Source of the DNA: Phoronis australis | Taxonomy: Eukaryota; Animalia; Phoronida | Length of the DNA: 45,954 bases | Direction: 5' to 3' | Assembly (NCBI GenBank): GCA_002633005.1 | Contig: NMRA01000057.1 | Span: 1-45,954 of the forward strand | In this document: piece by piece, positions 1-13,100 of the stretch | Layout of the letters: each line of letters starts with the position of its first letter | How positions within the stretch are numbered: the stretch's first letter is position 1 | Translations under genes and position numbers: made by a program | The notes under the pieces: generated by a model | Seen by the model: the letters and a program-made list of their open reading frames with translations, nothing else | What the model was told of the DNA's origin: nothing | The model's database searches: none

Positions 1-397
1 ATTCAAATTATTTTAATCTGAATTTTCCATTCAGGTGATCTTACACTCTGCTAAAAAGACTTGAAACATGTTTAAAATCGTTTTTGTTTGACAGTCAACT
101 GCTCTTAAAGGTTTAATTATGTGTCATGATTTAGATTTCTCTTATTTTTTTCAAAATTGTGCTTTGAAGTCGTGTTGTGTTTCTTGTTGCTTTCTTACAA
201 TGTGAAGACTCTTAATTAGACATTGAAATAGTTGTGAAGCTTCAATCCTCCAAAACTTGTTCATTGCAGCGTCATTTTTTTAAACCATGCTTGTCGAACT
301 CTATTCTAATGAAAGACTGTTTGGTTGCCATGGTAATAGTTATGCATGTCCACTTTCATATCGTGAACATTGGTCGTGTAGTTGGATCACGTTTGTA
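1..397 (+). repeat. Dispersed repeat, direct copy of 37294-37733
   Basis: Collinear identity, e.g. ccattcaggtg, tttgacagtcaa, ccatgcttgtcgaa, catatcgtgaa-attggtcgtgt. Confidence 0.85.
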
Positions 398-1420
398 GAG
401 TCACTGCATGAGAACGTCAGGCGGTTTGCAATATTATGGGAACATGACATGTCACGAATTTTAAATTTGATATAGTAATTATATCCCTTGGGGTGAATTG
501 GCTACAAAAATATAAAAATTGGTTTTGTATTTCGTCACTTTAAATATATAACGAATAACTAAATCGGGTGAAAAAATAGCATAACCACTTGTGCGCGACT
601 GTTGAAAATGCCCTATGTTTCCATGGAAAATAAACCACTTTGCGGGCGTTTAAAAGATAAAACTTTGATTGAGTTTTACACAACTATCCTTTTTGTAATT
701 GAAAATCCCAAAAATAATTCAGAATGACGTATTTGATATTTTTAAGGAACTTTTGAATGCCTTGCCTCCACGGACCAAAACAGTTACTAATTTGGACCTA
801 TATACAGGTGTAGAGGCCTATGTAATTCAAGCGCAAAAACGCACACCACCCACACATGAGTTCTGTGATAGCTACAGTTCCCGTCTTTGACAAGATATTG
901 TTATTTCCGTGGACAGCACCTTTTTTAATTCTCGAATTTACACTTTAGCGAAGGCACTTTCACCACTTTCACCGGTGTCATACTGCCACCAATAGAGGGA
1001 GGCAAAGAAAGAAATATGAAAAATATGATCCAAATTGGAAGTAAATCGTAATAAAAAATCATATTAAATTTTATTCAAGATAACCAGAATTGCTTCGAGC
1101 GTTTTTTTGCGAAATATTGCGTTATTGACATTTAGTTATGAAACGGAATGAGGTTCGCAAAAATAGGTCAAGCTCTGAAGGAATTGTAAAATACCTGAAA
1201 TGTGTCAACGCACTAGATCACTTGGAAGAACGGGAGTTGATTAGCAATCAGGCGCGAAAGGGAGTGTGCGAGACAAAAGGAACTGGCCAGCCTGTTAGAA
1301 CAAAAGATCATCTATCCAAAGCACCGTAAGTGGCAGTATCCAGGCTGTGAGCCAAGGCGTACATTTGCAGCCTCAGGAATGCAAAGGATGTTCACTACTC
1401 AATCCCAGGACTACGTCAAC

Positions 1421-1824
1421 TTAAAGGCGAAGGCAACCTTTTTCCATGTCATTTTGAGCTAAAATAAGGTTGGTTGGTTATCCTAGACATATTTTCCACT
1501 TAATTACAGCTTTTCGTAATTTGATTAATTACTCGTCCGCTACTCCGGAAGTGACGTTTTAGGAGGCAAGCATTTCGCGCCAATTTCTTTTCATATAGTC
1601 TGACTGTGAGAGCTGCCGAGTCAGTCATTGTTCTACCTCGGTTGTGTTAAGTTCCGTTGTCGTTTGCTTTCATTTACTAGTCAGTCAACATGCCACACTG
1701 TTGCTGCGCACCAGGATGTACTAATTATCGGCTCACGCGCGCTTTGAGAGTACCTTTGCATCGCTTTCCGATGGATGACACACTTCGCCGTACTTGGCTC
1801 GTTTGTGTGAAGAACGCAGCGTTA
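1421..1824 (+). mobile_element. Left end of a probable Kolobok-type DNA transposon with the start of a THAP-domain ORF, truncated by the gap
   Basis: TTAA followed by AGG at 1421-1427 fits the Kolobok target and terminus pattern. CCGGAAGTGACGT promoter-like motif near 1546; THAP ORF from 1690. The partner terminus was not found. Confidence 0.5.
1690..1824 (+). CDS. THAP zinc-finger domain N-terminus (partial; runs into the N gap)
   Basis: MPHCCCAPGCTN...LHRFPMDDTLRRTWL matches the THAP signature C-x4-C ... F-P ... W. Confidence 0.8.
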
Positions 1825-2432
1825 NNNNNNNNNNNNNNNNNNNNNNNNNNNNNNNNNNNNNNNNNNNNNNNNNNNNNNNNNNNNNNNNNNNNNNNNNNNN
1901 NNNNNNNNNNNNNNNNNNNNNNNNNNNNNNNNNNNNNNNNNNNNNNNNNNNNNNNNNNNNNNNNNNNNNNNNNNNNNNNNNNNNNNNNNNNNNNNNNNNN
2001 NNNNNNNNNNNNNNNNNNNNNNNNNNNNNNNNNNNNNNNNNNNNNNNNNNNNNNNNNNNNNNNNNNNNNNNNNNNNNNNNNNNNNNNNNNNNNNNNNNNN
2101 NNNNNNNNNNNNNNNNNNNNNNNNNNNNNNNNNNNNNNNNNNNNNNNNNNNNNNNNNNNNNNNNNNNNNNNNNNNNNNNNNNNNNNNNNNNNNNNNNNNN
2201 NNNNNNNNNNNNNNNNNNNNNNNNNNNNNNNNNNNNNNNNNNNNNNNNNNNNNNNNNNNNNNNNNNNNNNNNNNNNNNNNNNNNNNNNNNNNNNNNNNNN
2301 NNNNNNNNNNNNNNNNNNNNNNNNNNNNNNNNNNNNNNNNNNNNNNNNNNNNNNNNNNNNNNNNNNNNNNNNNNNNNNNNNNNNNNNNNNNNNNNNNNNN
2401 NNNNNNNNNNNNNNNNNNNNNNNNNNNNNNNN
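1825..2432. other. Assembly gap (608 N)
   Basis: Run of n. Confidence 1.
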
Positions 2433-2833
2433 AGTAAACAAATTACATCATCACTGTTCTGACCTCAGTCTTCTAGAAAGTTCCACACTATTTTGTAGTA
2501 AACAAATTACATCATCACTGTACTTAACTTAGGGGTCATGCCAATCAAACAGAATAACAAAACAAAACAATACAACTAAAAATAATGTCAGACTATATTC
2601 TGACACAATCTGAGAACTAGTTTCGGCTGTGTATGTGGTCTGAACAAAAGTTAAATATTTGATGGAATGGAAAATTCTTTCATAGCTTGATTTTTAAAAA
2701 GTACTTGTGTTCTAATGCTTACCACTAAGTTAAATATGTCAACAAGAAAAGTGGTTGCTTGCTTGGAAAGCATATGGGATCGGAGATGGGGTGGTTTTGG
2801 AGGATCCTGCTTCTGATTGCAAACCAGTGGAAT

Positions 2834-3140
2834 CAGTGGCGGATCAAGGATACCATAAGGGCGGGTCCGACATGTTGACTCGGGTAACCGGGCAAAGTGT
2901 ATGTACAGCAGGCCTAAAGTTGCGGGAGCCTGGTATGTGAACCATCTCTTCGGAAAATCTGCCGGTGGCCTAAAAAATATAAACGGGACAACCGCAAGCT
3001 GGGGGCCCCCTTCTCTGCGTCCTAGTTGCTTATTCAATAATTCCTCGCGCTTAGCGCTCTTGCTGTTTTATTCTTGCTTGCGGCAGCTAAGGGGGGTGGA
3101 GGGAGCGGGCTCCCTGGGTCCCCTCCTAAATACGCCTATG
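2834..3140. mobile_element. MITE with CAGTGGCGGATC/CATAGGCG-type termini
   Basis: Starts cagtggcggatcaagg and ends cctaaatacgcctatg (imperfect TIR) with G/C-run subterminal tracts. Related ends at 17661-17804 and near 44303. Confidence 0.55.
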
Positions 3141-5027
3141 GGAACTAGTGGTTGAGGAATGTCATGTTGGATCCTCATTGAGACACTTAACTAGTTTCAA
3201 CAATCGAAAGATGAAGATATTCTTGTGTCAAAAATGGCTGTAACGCTTTTGACCCTAGAAACGAACTCAAGCAACAAGTTATAATGTAGTATGGGCTGGC
3301 ATGATAAACAGCCAACAGCACTTTAAGATCATTGCTGATGTGGAGAGAAAGTGGGCTGCCACGGTCACTTGTATAGAAGGTGAAGTTCATGATCTAACAA
3401 GCATGCTCGTTGAACTCAATTTGGCATCACAAATCCATAAGTTTGACATATTACCTTTGTTGTGCATTTTAGTCACTGACTGTTCCAAGTTGACTTAATA
3501 GTCAACATGGAAATGCGCTGTTTGATGTTTTATATTACAACCCAACAAAAAGTGAAGCTGCTGTGGAACATGCTACTCAACAGCCTGTAGACGCAGCCAT
3601 GGCTTGGACATTCGCACACTTTAAATTTAGGCTGGATTTTTTGACGTGGACAACTCAAACATCACAATTCTCTCACTTATGACCACAGCATTTGGATTTT
3701 GTAAGCTCATTTTGTGAATTCACAAATCATGGCTACCCATCCAAAAATCTTGGCTCCCGGTGTTGCATCCAGCTTTGTTACCTTTAAACACTCTTCAAAC
3801 ACTCTTCCCTGAGTCATGCACATGATTCTTAGTCACGTGAGTTTTTGAACTGATTATTGGTTGCAAAAGCTGTGTTTGATTTGTGTGAATAGGGATCAGC
3901 TTACAATTAGGTTTACACTGTATGAGTGGTCTTCACGAGTGTTTGGCAATTGTTGTTCTGGTAGCCTGCCAATGGACTAGATAACATATATTATGTTTTT
4001 GAGTTTTACATTTGCAGGTGTAGAAATGCTGGCAGCTAGTACCCAAGCAGCAGGGGAGCCATACAGCACAATGGGGTGGGCTCTGAAGTCAGCATAAAGG
4101 TCTGATCTAAATGACTGAAAGCGTAAAAATGTTTTTGACTGATGCATTCAACGAAGGCATGAAAACTGGTCAAAAAGGCGATCCAGTGAGGTGTTCTCAA
4201 CAAACGAGAACCGCGGGACACAATCATAGAATTGCTGTTTGAATATCTTGAGCAGTATCCATGTAGATTGTAATCATCAGTGTTACTGTTTTCTTGTTGT
4301 GCACCTTATGGTGTGTCTATTGCTATGAAGTAATGTTGTTAGTGAGTTTGATTCCATGATTTTTTCTGTGAAATTACTTCTCACCCCAAGAGTGTTCCTT
4401 TAACTGTCATTTCCAGGTTATTCGTATGCATTAATATACAGTACAAGCCAAACGTATCCTGACAAAATAACCCGGAATTCCTTGCCGTTACAGCTGATGC
4501 AAAAGTAGAATTCGTGGTCAAAGTGGTCTTCCTTTGTGACTGAAAATGAAGGGAAACAGGAAAATTAGTATGGTGGCTAAGACATTCTGTAATTAGTGTT
4601 GGTAATAGTTATTACTATTCATTTTTACATTAACAGGACTAGCCATCAAGTGGGGTAAAGATTTATAATGTCTGATTACTTTTGCCTTGTTCTGTATGAG
4701 TGTTTGCAAGCATACGTGTGTAGGCCCATTATGTTGTCATCCCTTGGTGAATGTAAAATTTTACAAATGAGATGACACAAGAGAGTTTTGGAATGTATTT
4801 GACTACCACTGGGCCCCTAGTGGCAACTTTACTTCTTCATGTTAGTCTCTTTTTCTAGCAAGTTCCTTGACTGATTTTCATCAAATGTCGCAAATAAGTT
4901 ACAGTTATGGAGACAGACAAGTTGTCCTATTTCCTGACATACCTATGTACTCTGCACAGAATTATTGCCATTGAGATTAGCACGACTGACACTGATTGTT
5001 GATTGGACGATCTCCTATGGCGCCCTT

Positions 5028-5070
5028 TAATGGCAGTACTGTAGGGGTCACCCCTACAGCACTGCCATTA
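5028..5070. repeat. 43-nt near-perfect palindrome (21-bp arms, 1 mismatch)
   Basis: taatggcagtactgtaggggt-c-acccctacagcactgccatta. Confidence 0.95.
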
Positions 5071-5071
5071 C

Positions 5072-5190
5072 GGTAAAATTAAAGGTAAGTAGGCGCCCAA
5101 AGCCCACCGTATCACCTTGACCACTGAACGTGCGTAGGCACTACGCTCAAATGCCAAAAGGTGGTTGGTTGTGCCTACCTGTGCCTATGC
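5072..5190 (+). repeat. Dispersed repeat; inverted copy at ~36750-36882
   Basis: ggtaaaattaaaggtaagtaggcgcccaaaagcccacc-tatcaccttg is the reverse complement of caaggtgatagggtgggttttgggcgcctacttacctctaattttacc. Confidence 0.8.
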
Positions 5191-8100
5191 GCCACTACAA
5201 CAGTGCTTAATGGCACTTTAGGTTTTCTTTATGTGTGCCTCTATATCTACCAAGTTTGTTGTTGTATTTTCGTGCAATATTGTATATTTGTTTCTGTTGA
5301 GGAAACGAGAACAAACCGCTATTTTCGGCTGGATTTAAAATATTCTGTGCCACTAAAGATTATTATTTCTGGCAGCAGTCTATCTGTCCTTGAAATTGCT
5401 GAGAGGATAGTTCGGAAATTTTGCTCATGTGTTCTTATTGAGATGATCACGACTGACAGATTTTCTGATGGTTGCAATCACCTATGCGCCCGGAGTGGCA
5501 ATTTGTTTGTTTATCTGCACCGCAATATTTACAAAGTTCTGTTGATGAATGTGGGTGCAATTTGATGTATGTGTTTCATTTTTGAAGAGAGTAGGCCCGG
5601 CATAAATTTTATGACATGTCTGAGTGCTGTGGCGTCTTCTAGCGTTCACATTTTTCCGTTGTAATTCGAACGCATAAATGAAAAAATTCTAAAATCCACC
5701 CAGGCCGAAATACGTAACACGTAAATGCCCTGCAATGCAGTTCAAACTTCAAGCGAGAGGCGAAAAAAATTAGATGTTTCTTCTAATGTTGGTTACGAAT
5801 TTAATAACTTACTTAGAATGAAAGTAAATAACTCGAAATACTTGTTTGGGGAATTCCATGATTATAGGGCGATTCTGTGTGTGGCACTGTTTCCCGTCTG
5901 TGCAATACGTAGGTCACCTAGTCACATGCAAAGCAACCTGTTACTTCGGCGGTGAACCACGCCCGGATTTGGCTGTTAGAAGTGCGAGAAAATAATACTT
6001 CTTTTTAAAAATAAATGTGTTGTGGTGGAGTATCAAAAACTGTGATTGACTTTGGACATGATAAGTGTCAATATCAACAAATTGTCCATTTATAATCCAC
6101 TGCAGAAGACGCTATCAACCAGACGTCCCCGGCAGTCACTGCCGACGTCCGTTGCCAAACCCCAGGCGACTCCAAATTTGCAAGTAAAGAGCTCGGAAAA
6201 ACGATGGGAAAACGTAAAAATACGAGCGCCAAATTCAAACAGGGAGTTTTGATGTTTTTTTGGTCGTCATCTTATACGAGGTCAAGTCCAGTTACACAAG
6301 CGCGAGTGCAAAAATATACCGTCCGGTCACTCCTATTTTCGACCGGAGATTTTCGCCTGTTTCGAGTGTCGGTGGGCTTGAGTTGTGAATTTGTTGAGGA
6401 ATGAGGATATCCGTTCGCTGTAGACTTATAAATTGCAAGATAGTTTTCCTCATGTCCTTTTAAATGCAACTTCATTGTTTCACATAAGTGTAAACTGTTT
6501 GCCTAAGCTGCATGAAAGTAATGCACTTCTCTTTTGAGAGCTTCAAGATACATTGAGTTTTGAAGACATGCTGCGAATTATCTGTCGAACATGCAACTCT
6601 ACATAGATTATCTTAAGGATTTAGAGATCTTGATTTTTGCACTCTGGTGACAAAGCACACATCCTGAATGGAACAAACCGTTTGATGTTTGAATAGTCTC
6701 TTTCTTTGCCGTCCTTTGGATTAAAAAACATGCAAACGGTGTCGACTAAAATGCAAGGAAAGTTATCTTTTTGTAAAAATTACATTTTTCTTTCCGTGAA
6801 AGGGGGAAACTTCCTTCCTGACCGCCCCCTCCCGACTCCCCCCTCCCCTTCTGCTGGCCACAGAATCACGCTTCGTGCTAGTCATCATTCTAACAAATTT
6901 GGACCCCTACTTTATCTATTCTAGATGAGTCCCTGTACTTCTGTCCGAATATTTAAAGGGCCAATTTGGTCTTTTAAAAACCGGTCAAAGATTTTTGAAA
7001 AAAGGTATCGTTGTATTTTTTGCTCTAAAGTTAAAAAAATACGATTTTTTATGTTTAACGATGAAGTTAAACAGTCTTCGTCCAGAAAATGAAAATTTAA
7101 CTATTATTTTATCTAAAAACATTTAATGTGCTGGCCATGCCCCCCATACTGCATGAAATAGTCCCAAAATAGGGACGCGACTTAGTTCTCTATATCTACT
7201 GATTATTTATGGACTTGTGAACACACCGATTGTCTTTTATTATGCTGTTTTAGTTTCATTTATGAAGAAAATTAAATCAATTAATTAGTTTCATTACTTA
7301 GTCAACTTTTTGTTTTGATACAAATCGAGACTGAACTCGACGTTGAATTCTCAACATTATCGAAAATGTATCATGCAGCGCTCCTAACTTTGAGACTAAG
7401 TCCTTATTTGTTTTCATTGAATTCAAGGCTCAGTTTTTAGTTTATAAGGCAAAGATGGATAGAAAGAAAAAAGATTACATCTGAGTGTAAGCAAAGACAG
7501 AAATAGGCAAAAAGATTTAGGGAACTTAGTTGAGTCCCTATTATTTTGGAACAGTTTCAAGCAACCCAGCACAGGGTCTGATCATAATTCACTGAGCCGG
7601 TCTTACCGGGGGTCACTAACCGAGTATCGTGTTGTTTCTAGTTTCCATAAATAATGTCTGACGGTAGGTACAGTGTATGAATCAATATTTGGCGTGCAGT
7701 TGACCTGGATCCCCGGTTCAGGGATTTTGGAGGGGTGAAACTGCCTGCGTCATTCAGCGTGTTCACTGATGCAAAAAGTCGTAGTCTCTGCCCGCTTGCA
7801 AATATAAAATATCGTTGGATTACGCCAATGTTTAAATTTTATTTCATTTCAGATTCGATTAACATGTCCATTATTGAGTGTTGAGTTTTACAAAAGTGGT
7901 TGTAACCTTAAAACGCTCGGTAGTACGGTGCTCGGCCGATCGCAGAAACCACCGGAAGTGTAATTTGCTCATTGAGCAGAGTTAAATCATCCACAGAAAT
8001 AGAAAAAATGAAGGGAGGGAAGGAGTCGGTGAAAATCCTCTTAAAAGTGTGTCTTTGAATTTATTTTCATTTATAGAGATGTCTATGTAAAACTTAAGAT

Positions 8101-8924
8101 ATCAAATGAGGCATTTATCAATTTTTTATATTTTTTTTTGTTTGGATGTTAACAAATACGTTAGGCACTTAAAGAATTTAACATTGGGAGAAATGCATTT
8201 TAACTGTGCACTTAAAGACCAAAATCAAGTTAGTGACATCTAATAACCCACGTTCTCTATATGTGTACCAAGTGCCACGCATGTAAAGCGATGACGAAAA
8301 AGACCTCATGAGATTCATTTGCACCTTGTTCAGGAAATAGTCCCTTATGGGGGTCCTTTCTTGATGAGGAACCTCTGTAATTCCTCAGTATACATGTACG
8401 TTCAATTCGTCATGAATATAAAAGCTAATGTAAGCCATCGGTGTCACGCTTTGTTGGGGCAAAATCGCTGAATTGCTGTACATCTGACCCATTCATCCTC
8501 AAAGGTCACTTGCCAGGCAAATTAGATTACCTGTTTGACTGGCAAGGGTTCAACTAAGAAATGGCGAAAGGTAAGCGAACGTTTCTTATCGAGATGTCCC
8601 CTCCCTCCCTCCCTCCCTCCCCCTCTCTCTCTCTCTTTCTGTCTTTTGACACTACGAGCGACTCTGCATCAAGCTGTCAAACAAAAAGTTTAGTAGTGTT
8701 TTCAAAGAATTTTGTGTTAACGAAGGGCTGCTACCAAACATGGATTGGTTGTATTAGCGAAATTGTGCCCGTCAGTTGCAACGTATGCCATTTTGAAAGT
8801 GCCCGAATATTCCCTTTCAAGTATGTAAATTAGCAGTAAATAAATATTGAGATGAGGTCTGATCTAATTGTGAAGCGTATGCTTTCAGTTGTTTAATTTG
8901 AACTGACTGGTGACAGATGCCTGT

Positions 8925-9367
8925 GGATTGTTCTGAAACCCCCTCCATCCCCACGACTCTCTCGACCCACGACCCCCTCCACCCACGGCCAAAACCCCCT
9001 CGTCGACCCAGTCTACATAAGGTCGACTCGCAAGCTTCGACTTGCAGGATGAATGAGTGGGCTGTGGGTAGGCCTGGCTTTTCCCTGTTTTTTTTTTTTG
9101 CAATTGAGATAGTCGATTTGGCAAAATTCAAGGTCAAAAAGATGAAAAAATACAGCGCGGCGTAATCAAACCAAAAGCCTGCGGTTACAAATGTCGTTCC
9201 CGACAGAGAGTAATCGTCTCGTCTGGTCTTCAGTGAATGAAAGATTCTGATCAACCTTTTTTGCCGGCGGAGAGAGTGCGAGGAACCGAACAAAACTGCT
9301 GTGGGTCGAGAGAGTCAGATCGAGGGGGTCGAGGTGTGGGGGGGTCGAGGGGGTTTAAGAACAATTC
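8925..9367. mobile_element. MITE with (GG)ATTGTTC termini and CGACCC/GGGTCG subterminal repeats
   Basis: attgttctgaaacccc ... ggggtttaagaacaat imperfect TIR; inverted partial copy at ~40160-40447. Confidence 0.75.
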
Positions 9368-10158
9368 GATTCCTTTCGTGAGGATATCAAAGAAAATGAA
9401 ATTTACACAAATTTTACATCCTTGAACATTATGCTAAATAGAAAGCGGATGTTTTTCCACGAGAAAGACGTGTATTCTAGGCTGAACAATGTTGCCATTG
9501 AATTTAATGACGAAGGATGTCTTTATTTTTATCGATCTGTCTTAAATGTTTGCAATTCCCTGACGTTAAAACTGGTGTACTGCCACCTGTCTTTGACAAA
9601 TACTAAATTATCAGTCAGTGAATCAACGTTTATATGGCAGTTAATTATATAATTAAAAGCCCCTAAGCTTTGCTGAAGGTGCGCAACTCTTGAAGCTCTG
9701 TCGTGAAGGCAGGTGTCGTACATGTAACTGTTGGTCACACGAACCTGGTCATAGCTATCCTTAGCGTACAGTTGCTGCGCATGCGTGTGTGTAACGTGAT
9801 ATCCTCTACAGGAACACACATTTTAGATTGGACGGATGACAGATTTAATCCTAGGACTAAGGGAGTACACAAACGCACGTTCATCGGCTTACTTTTGAAC
9901 CGAAACGTCTCCCGCTTTTGAAGTTTTCAATTCCAGCACCTTAAAAAAGTTGAAATCTACAATACTCCAACGACCAACTTGAATGAAACATTTACACCCA
10001 CAACGCAAATATGCAGACTGAGAGTACAATGACATGTATACACACGGAAAATGCTAACCATTCTAAATTGCTTGAAGGACGTCATAATGTATTTGCTCCA
10101 GTTTATATCACACATTTTTTGGACTTCTGCGACGTTTCGTTGGGCGATTTTTCAGTGA

Positions 10159-10186
10159 ATGACTAGAGAAATTAAGAACAATGCAG
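10159..10186 (+). CDS. SBP-like gene exon 1 (MTREIKNNA, phase-1 donor)
   Basis: ATG ACT AGA GAA ATT AAG AAC AAT GCA G|gtaatc. The phase matches the exon 2 acceptor and supplies the basic n-region of a signal peptide. Least certain exon because it is short. Confidence 0.65.
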
Positions 10187-13100
10187 GTAATCGTTCACAT
10201 TTATTATTGTACATGTAGTTTTAAAAGAACCTTTTAGTTTCAATTGAGTTGTTGTAATGTCACTGAGTGTATAAAATTCATATACCCAGACAATCCCATC
10301 AAATCAAAAAACTGCAGGCGGTCAGGTCTAACCCAAATACATACTACTTAATAAATGCAAAAGAAAACAGGCATTGGTCTAGTCCATGTGGCTATAATTT
10401 CCTTTCATTTTCAATAGGCAATAGGTCAAAATGAAAGTCAAAGATAGTTCCAGTCACGACTTCAACAATCTAATCAATGCAACCATCGCATTGGCCTATA
10501 GTTGACGTCCACCGCCACACTACTATATGTTCTTTTGTGGCTACTATTGTAAATTATTAATAGGGCCTTTCATGCTAACGCGCACGTTTTGGGGAGTTGC
10601 GGCCAGTACGACCGCTTAACTTCGGTCCTGGATCGAAGTTAAAAGCACCAGTTCACTTCACAGTAAACTATGATGGGCCGTTGGGGGGAAAGTGTCGCCC
10701 GAAAAATACGAGCGTAATCGTGTACATTACGCCGTTAATTACGCCGTAAAATTACGAGCGTAATTTAATTTTTTACGGCGTAAAATTACGCTTGTAATTT
10801 AGTTTAAACTCTTAGCCAATGACGTTGGGTTTTACAATCCACGATCGCGCGCGCTCATGGGAATACTTATTTACAGACGGATTTCATGTCTACGATACAA
10901 GCGCTGAATCATGGCGGATCAAATCGCTGCTGCCATGTCAGCGATTGTGAAAGAACGAGCTGACCAGCAACAGTCGTGTATGCTAGGTCATCACTGATTG
11001 GTTTAAATTTGGAGCGTTCTTAAGGTATTTTACGAGCGTAATTTACGGCGACATTTCCCCCATTTAATTTACGGGCGTAATTTTACTGCAACACTTTTGC
11101 AATTTAACTTACGCTCGTAATTACGAGCGTAATATTACGGCGACACTTTCCCCTCAACGGCCCACCAAACAGAGCGGAGCGTCGACGCTGCGGTGGAGAA
11201 TGAACGGCCAATTTTGGCCCCATCGGAAGTTGTCGACGGGTGCCATTGTTATCGTCAACAATTACAGGCTAGTGTCGTCGATGATAGTTGCTTATATTTT
11301 GCTCTAATAATCACCTATCGAATTAAAAATAAGTTTTATATCAAATTAAAAAATAGTGTGCAGAGTGTAGTTATTTATTAACTTTGAAAAACCGGCCCCT
11401 AGGTTTGGCCTTTTGGTTGCGTAGTGGTACGTAAAGCAACTTGCTAAGTAGCGCCTTTATGAGGCAGACGCTGAGACGTAGCTTTCTGAGACCATTTGCT
11501 GGAGCCTCTCCGAAACGCAAGGTAATTTGCAAGGCATTGTGGCTTAAAATCTTAGCCTATGGAACGGAAATCGCGACTTAATTCCAATAATGCAGAATGC
11601 CAGCCTCATCCCTGAATCTATTCAGTGGCCGCCGTTTCGGTTGTCTACACTAGTCTTTGTTTATGCGTTGTTTACATAAAGCATCCAACTCACCGATCCT
11701 ATGAGCCAGCAGCAGAAAAATAGTCAAAGCGGCGGACCTTTGAGTAAATATCGGGACCACATGTCAAGTATGGGCTGGGAAAATCACCAATATGTCCAAC
11801 GGGTAAATACAAAAAGCACACCGAGAGTGGTGTAGATGAAGTCATACAACCCACAAAACATTAATACGCGGACTAATGTCGAGTGCGATGTGACTTCATC
11901 TACGCTAATCGAGGTACGTTTTGTTTTTGTCCCATACACTACGAATTTCTAACTTTCTATCGTTTTTTCGTAAGATTTTCTTAAATGCTTCACCCAGAGT
12001 GTTCACTTGACGGATCACACCCTATACGTATGTACTTAGGTTACAAGTTTTCTCTAGTAAATTCAACAGTTTTAAATGTAAAGATTTATAAATAGAAAAG
12101 AGGTAAAGAGGGAAATAAAATTAAAACATTAATTGTGCATGAACTTGTAGTATTACCTGAAATTAATTAAATAACAATAACATTTGATACATTTGATATA
12201 GTACATGTAGTTACCAAGAAATCGATGCCTGAGTTGCACACGATTAAATATTTAGCAAAAAAGTTTAGACAGATAACAGTTTTGTACCAGATGTAACGTT
12301 TAGGACCCGATTGCATGTCGAGTGTGATTTATGCTGCTGTGTTTTTCTTACTTTAAAGTAATTTGGGAGAGCTAACGACATCAAGTAGACATTAACCTAC
12401 GTTTTGAACCTTTCACGTCGATAGCAATCAGTTGAAGTAGGCGCGGGAGAGCAATACGGAAAATAATATCACATGGCCGTATTGCACCCGACGTGGTGTA
12501 TGGGATAAAGTTGATAAATGTATTTCGGCGCCTTGTTCACGGCTGTCCGCTGATTGTTGTTGCATGATATTTGGGATTTTTGAAACGTAAAATAGATGAT
12601 GTTCTGACGTCGATGCGTCTACCAGTCATCAGCCGGACGTCAGTGGAAGTCTAACAACTATCTACAGATCACCAGGCTAATGCAGGGCGATCTCGAACAT
12701 GTCCCGATGACCTGCGCCGTCCAACGGTTCATAAGTCGGGCGGACGACGGATTAATTTCATTTTTGCCGGTGGATATTTCTGTCGTTATAAACTTCCGAG
12801 AAGAGCCCGAATGTCGGCCAATTTGACCGTTGTAGCTCCGAAAATGATTAATAATTAGCATCAGAAAGTTATCGTGACCCTGACAGTGCAAGTGATCCGT
12901 CATTCTTAATCCGGCGGATTGGCCGAGTTTCGCTCGATGTATGGGAAAGGTATCAAATTTCAAGCCAGAAAATCTCTTCTTTCATGTACATATAGCTCAC
13001 CTTCATTACACAACACCACAAATTCAACACATTATTCGCTGATTGACAACCCAAAACTAGGTAACTAGGATAAATAATGAATTTATGATCTTAAAATCAT

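Noticed and set aside
1690-2532. Long ORFs of 222-280 aa in the track
   Set aside because: They are artefacts of translating through the N gap; only the first 45 codons of the THAP frame are real sequence.
8817-9425. Overlapping ORFs up to 158 aa
   Set aside because: They lie in a GC-rich MITE and show no recognisable domain.
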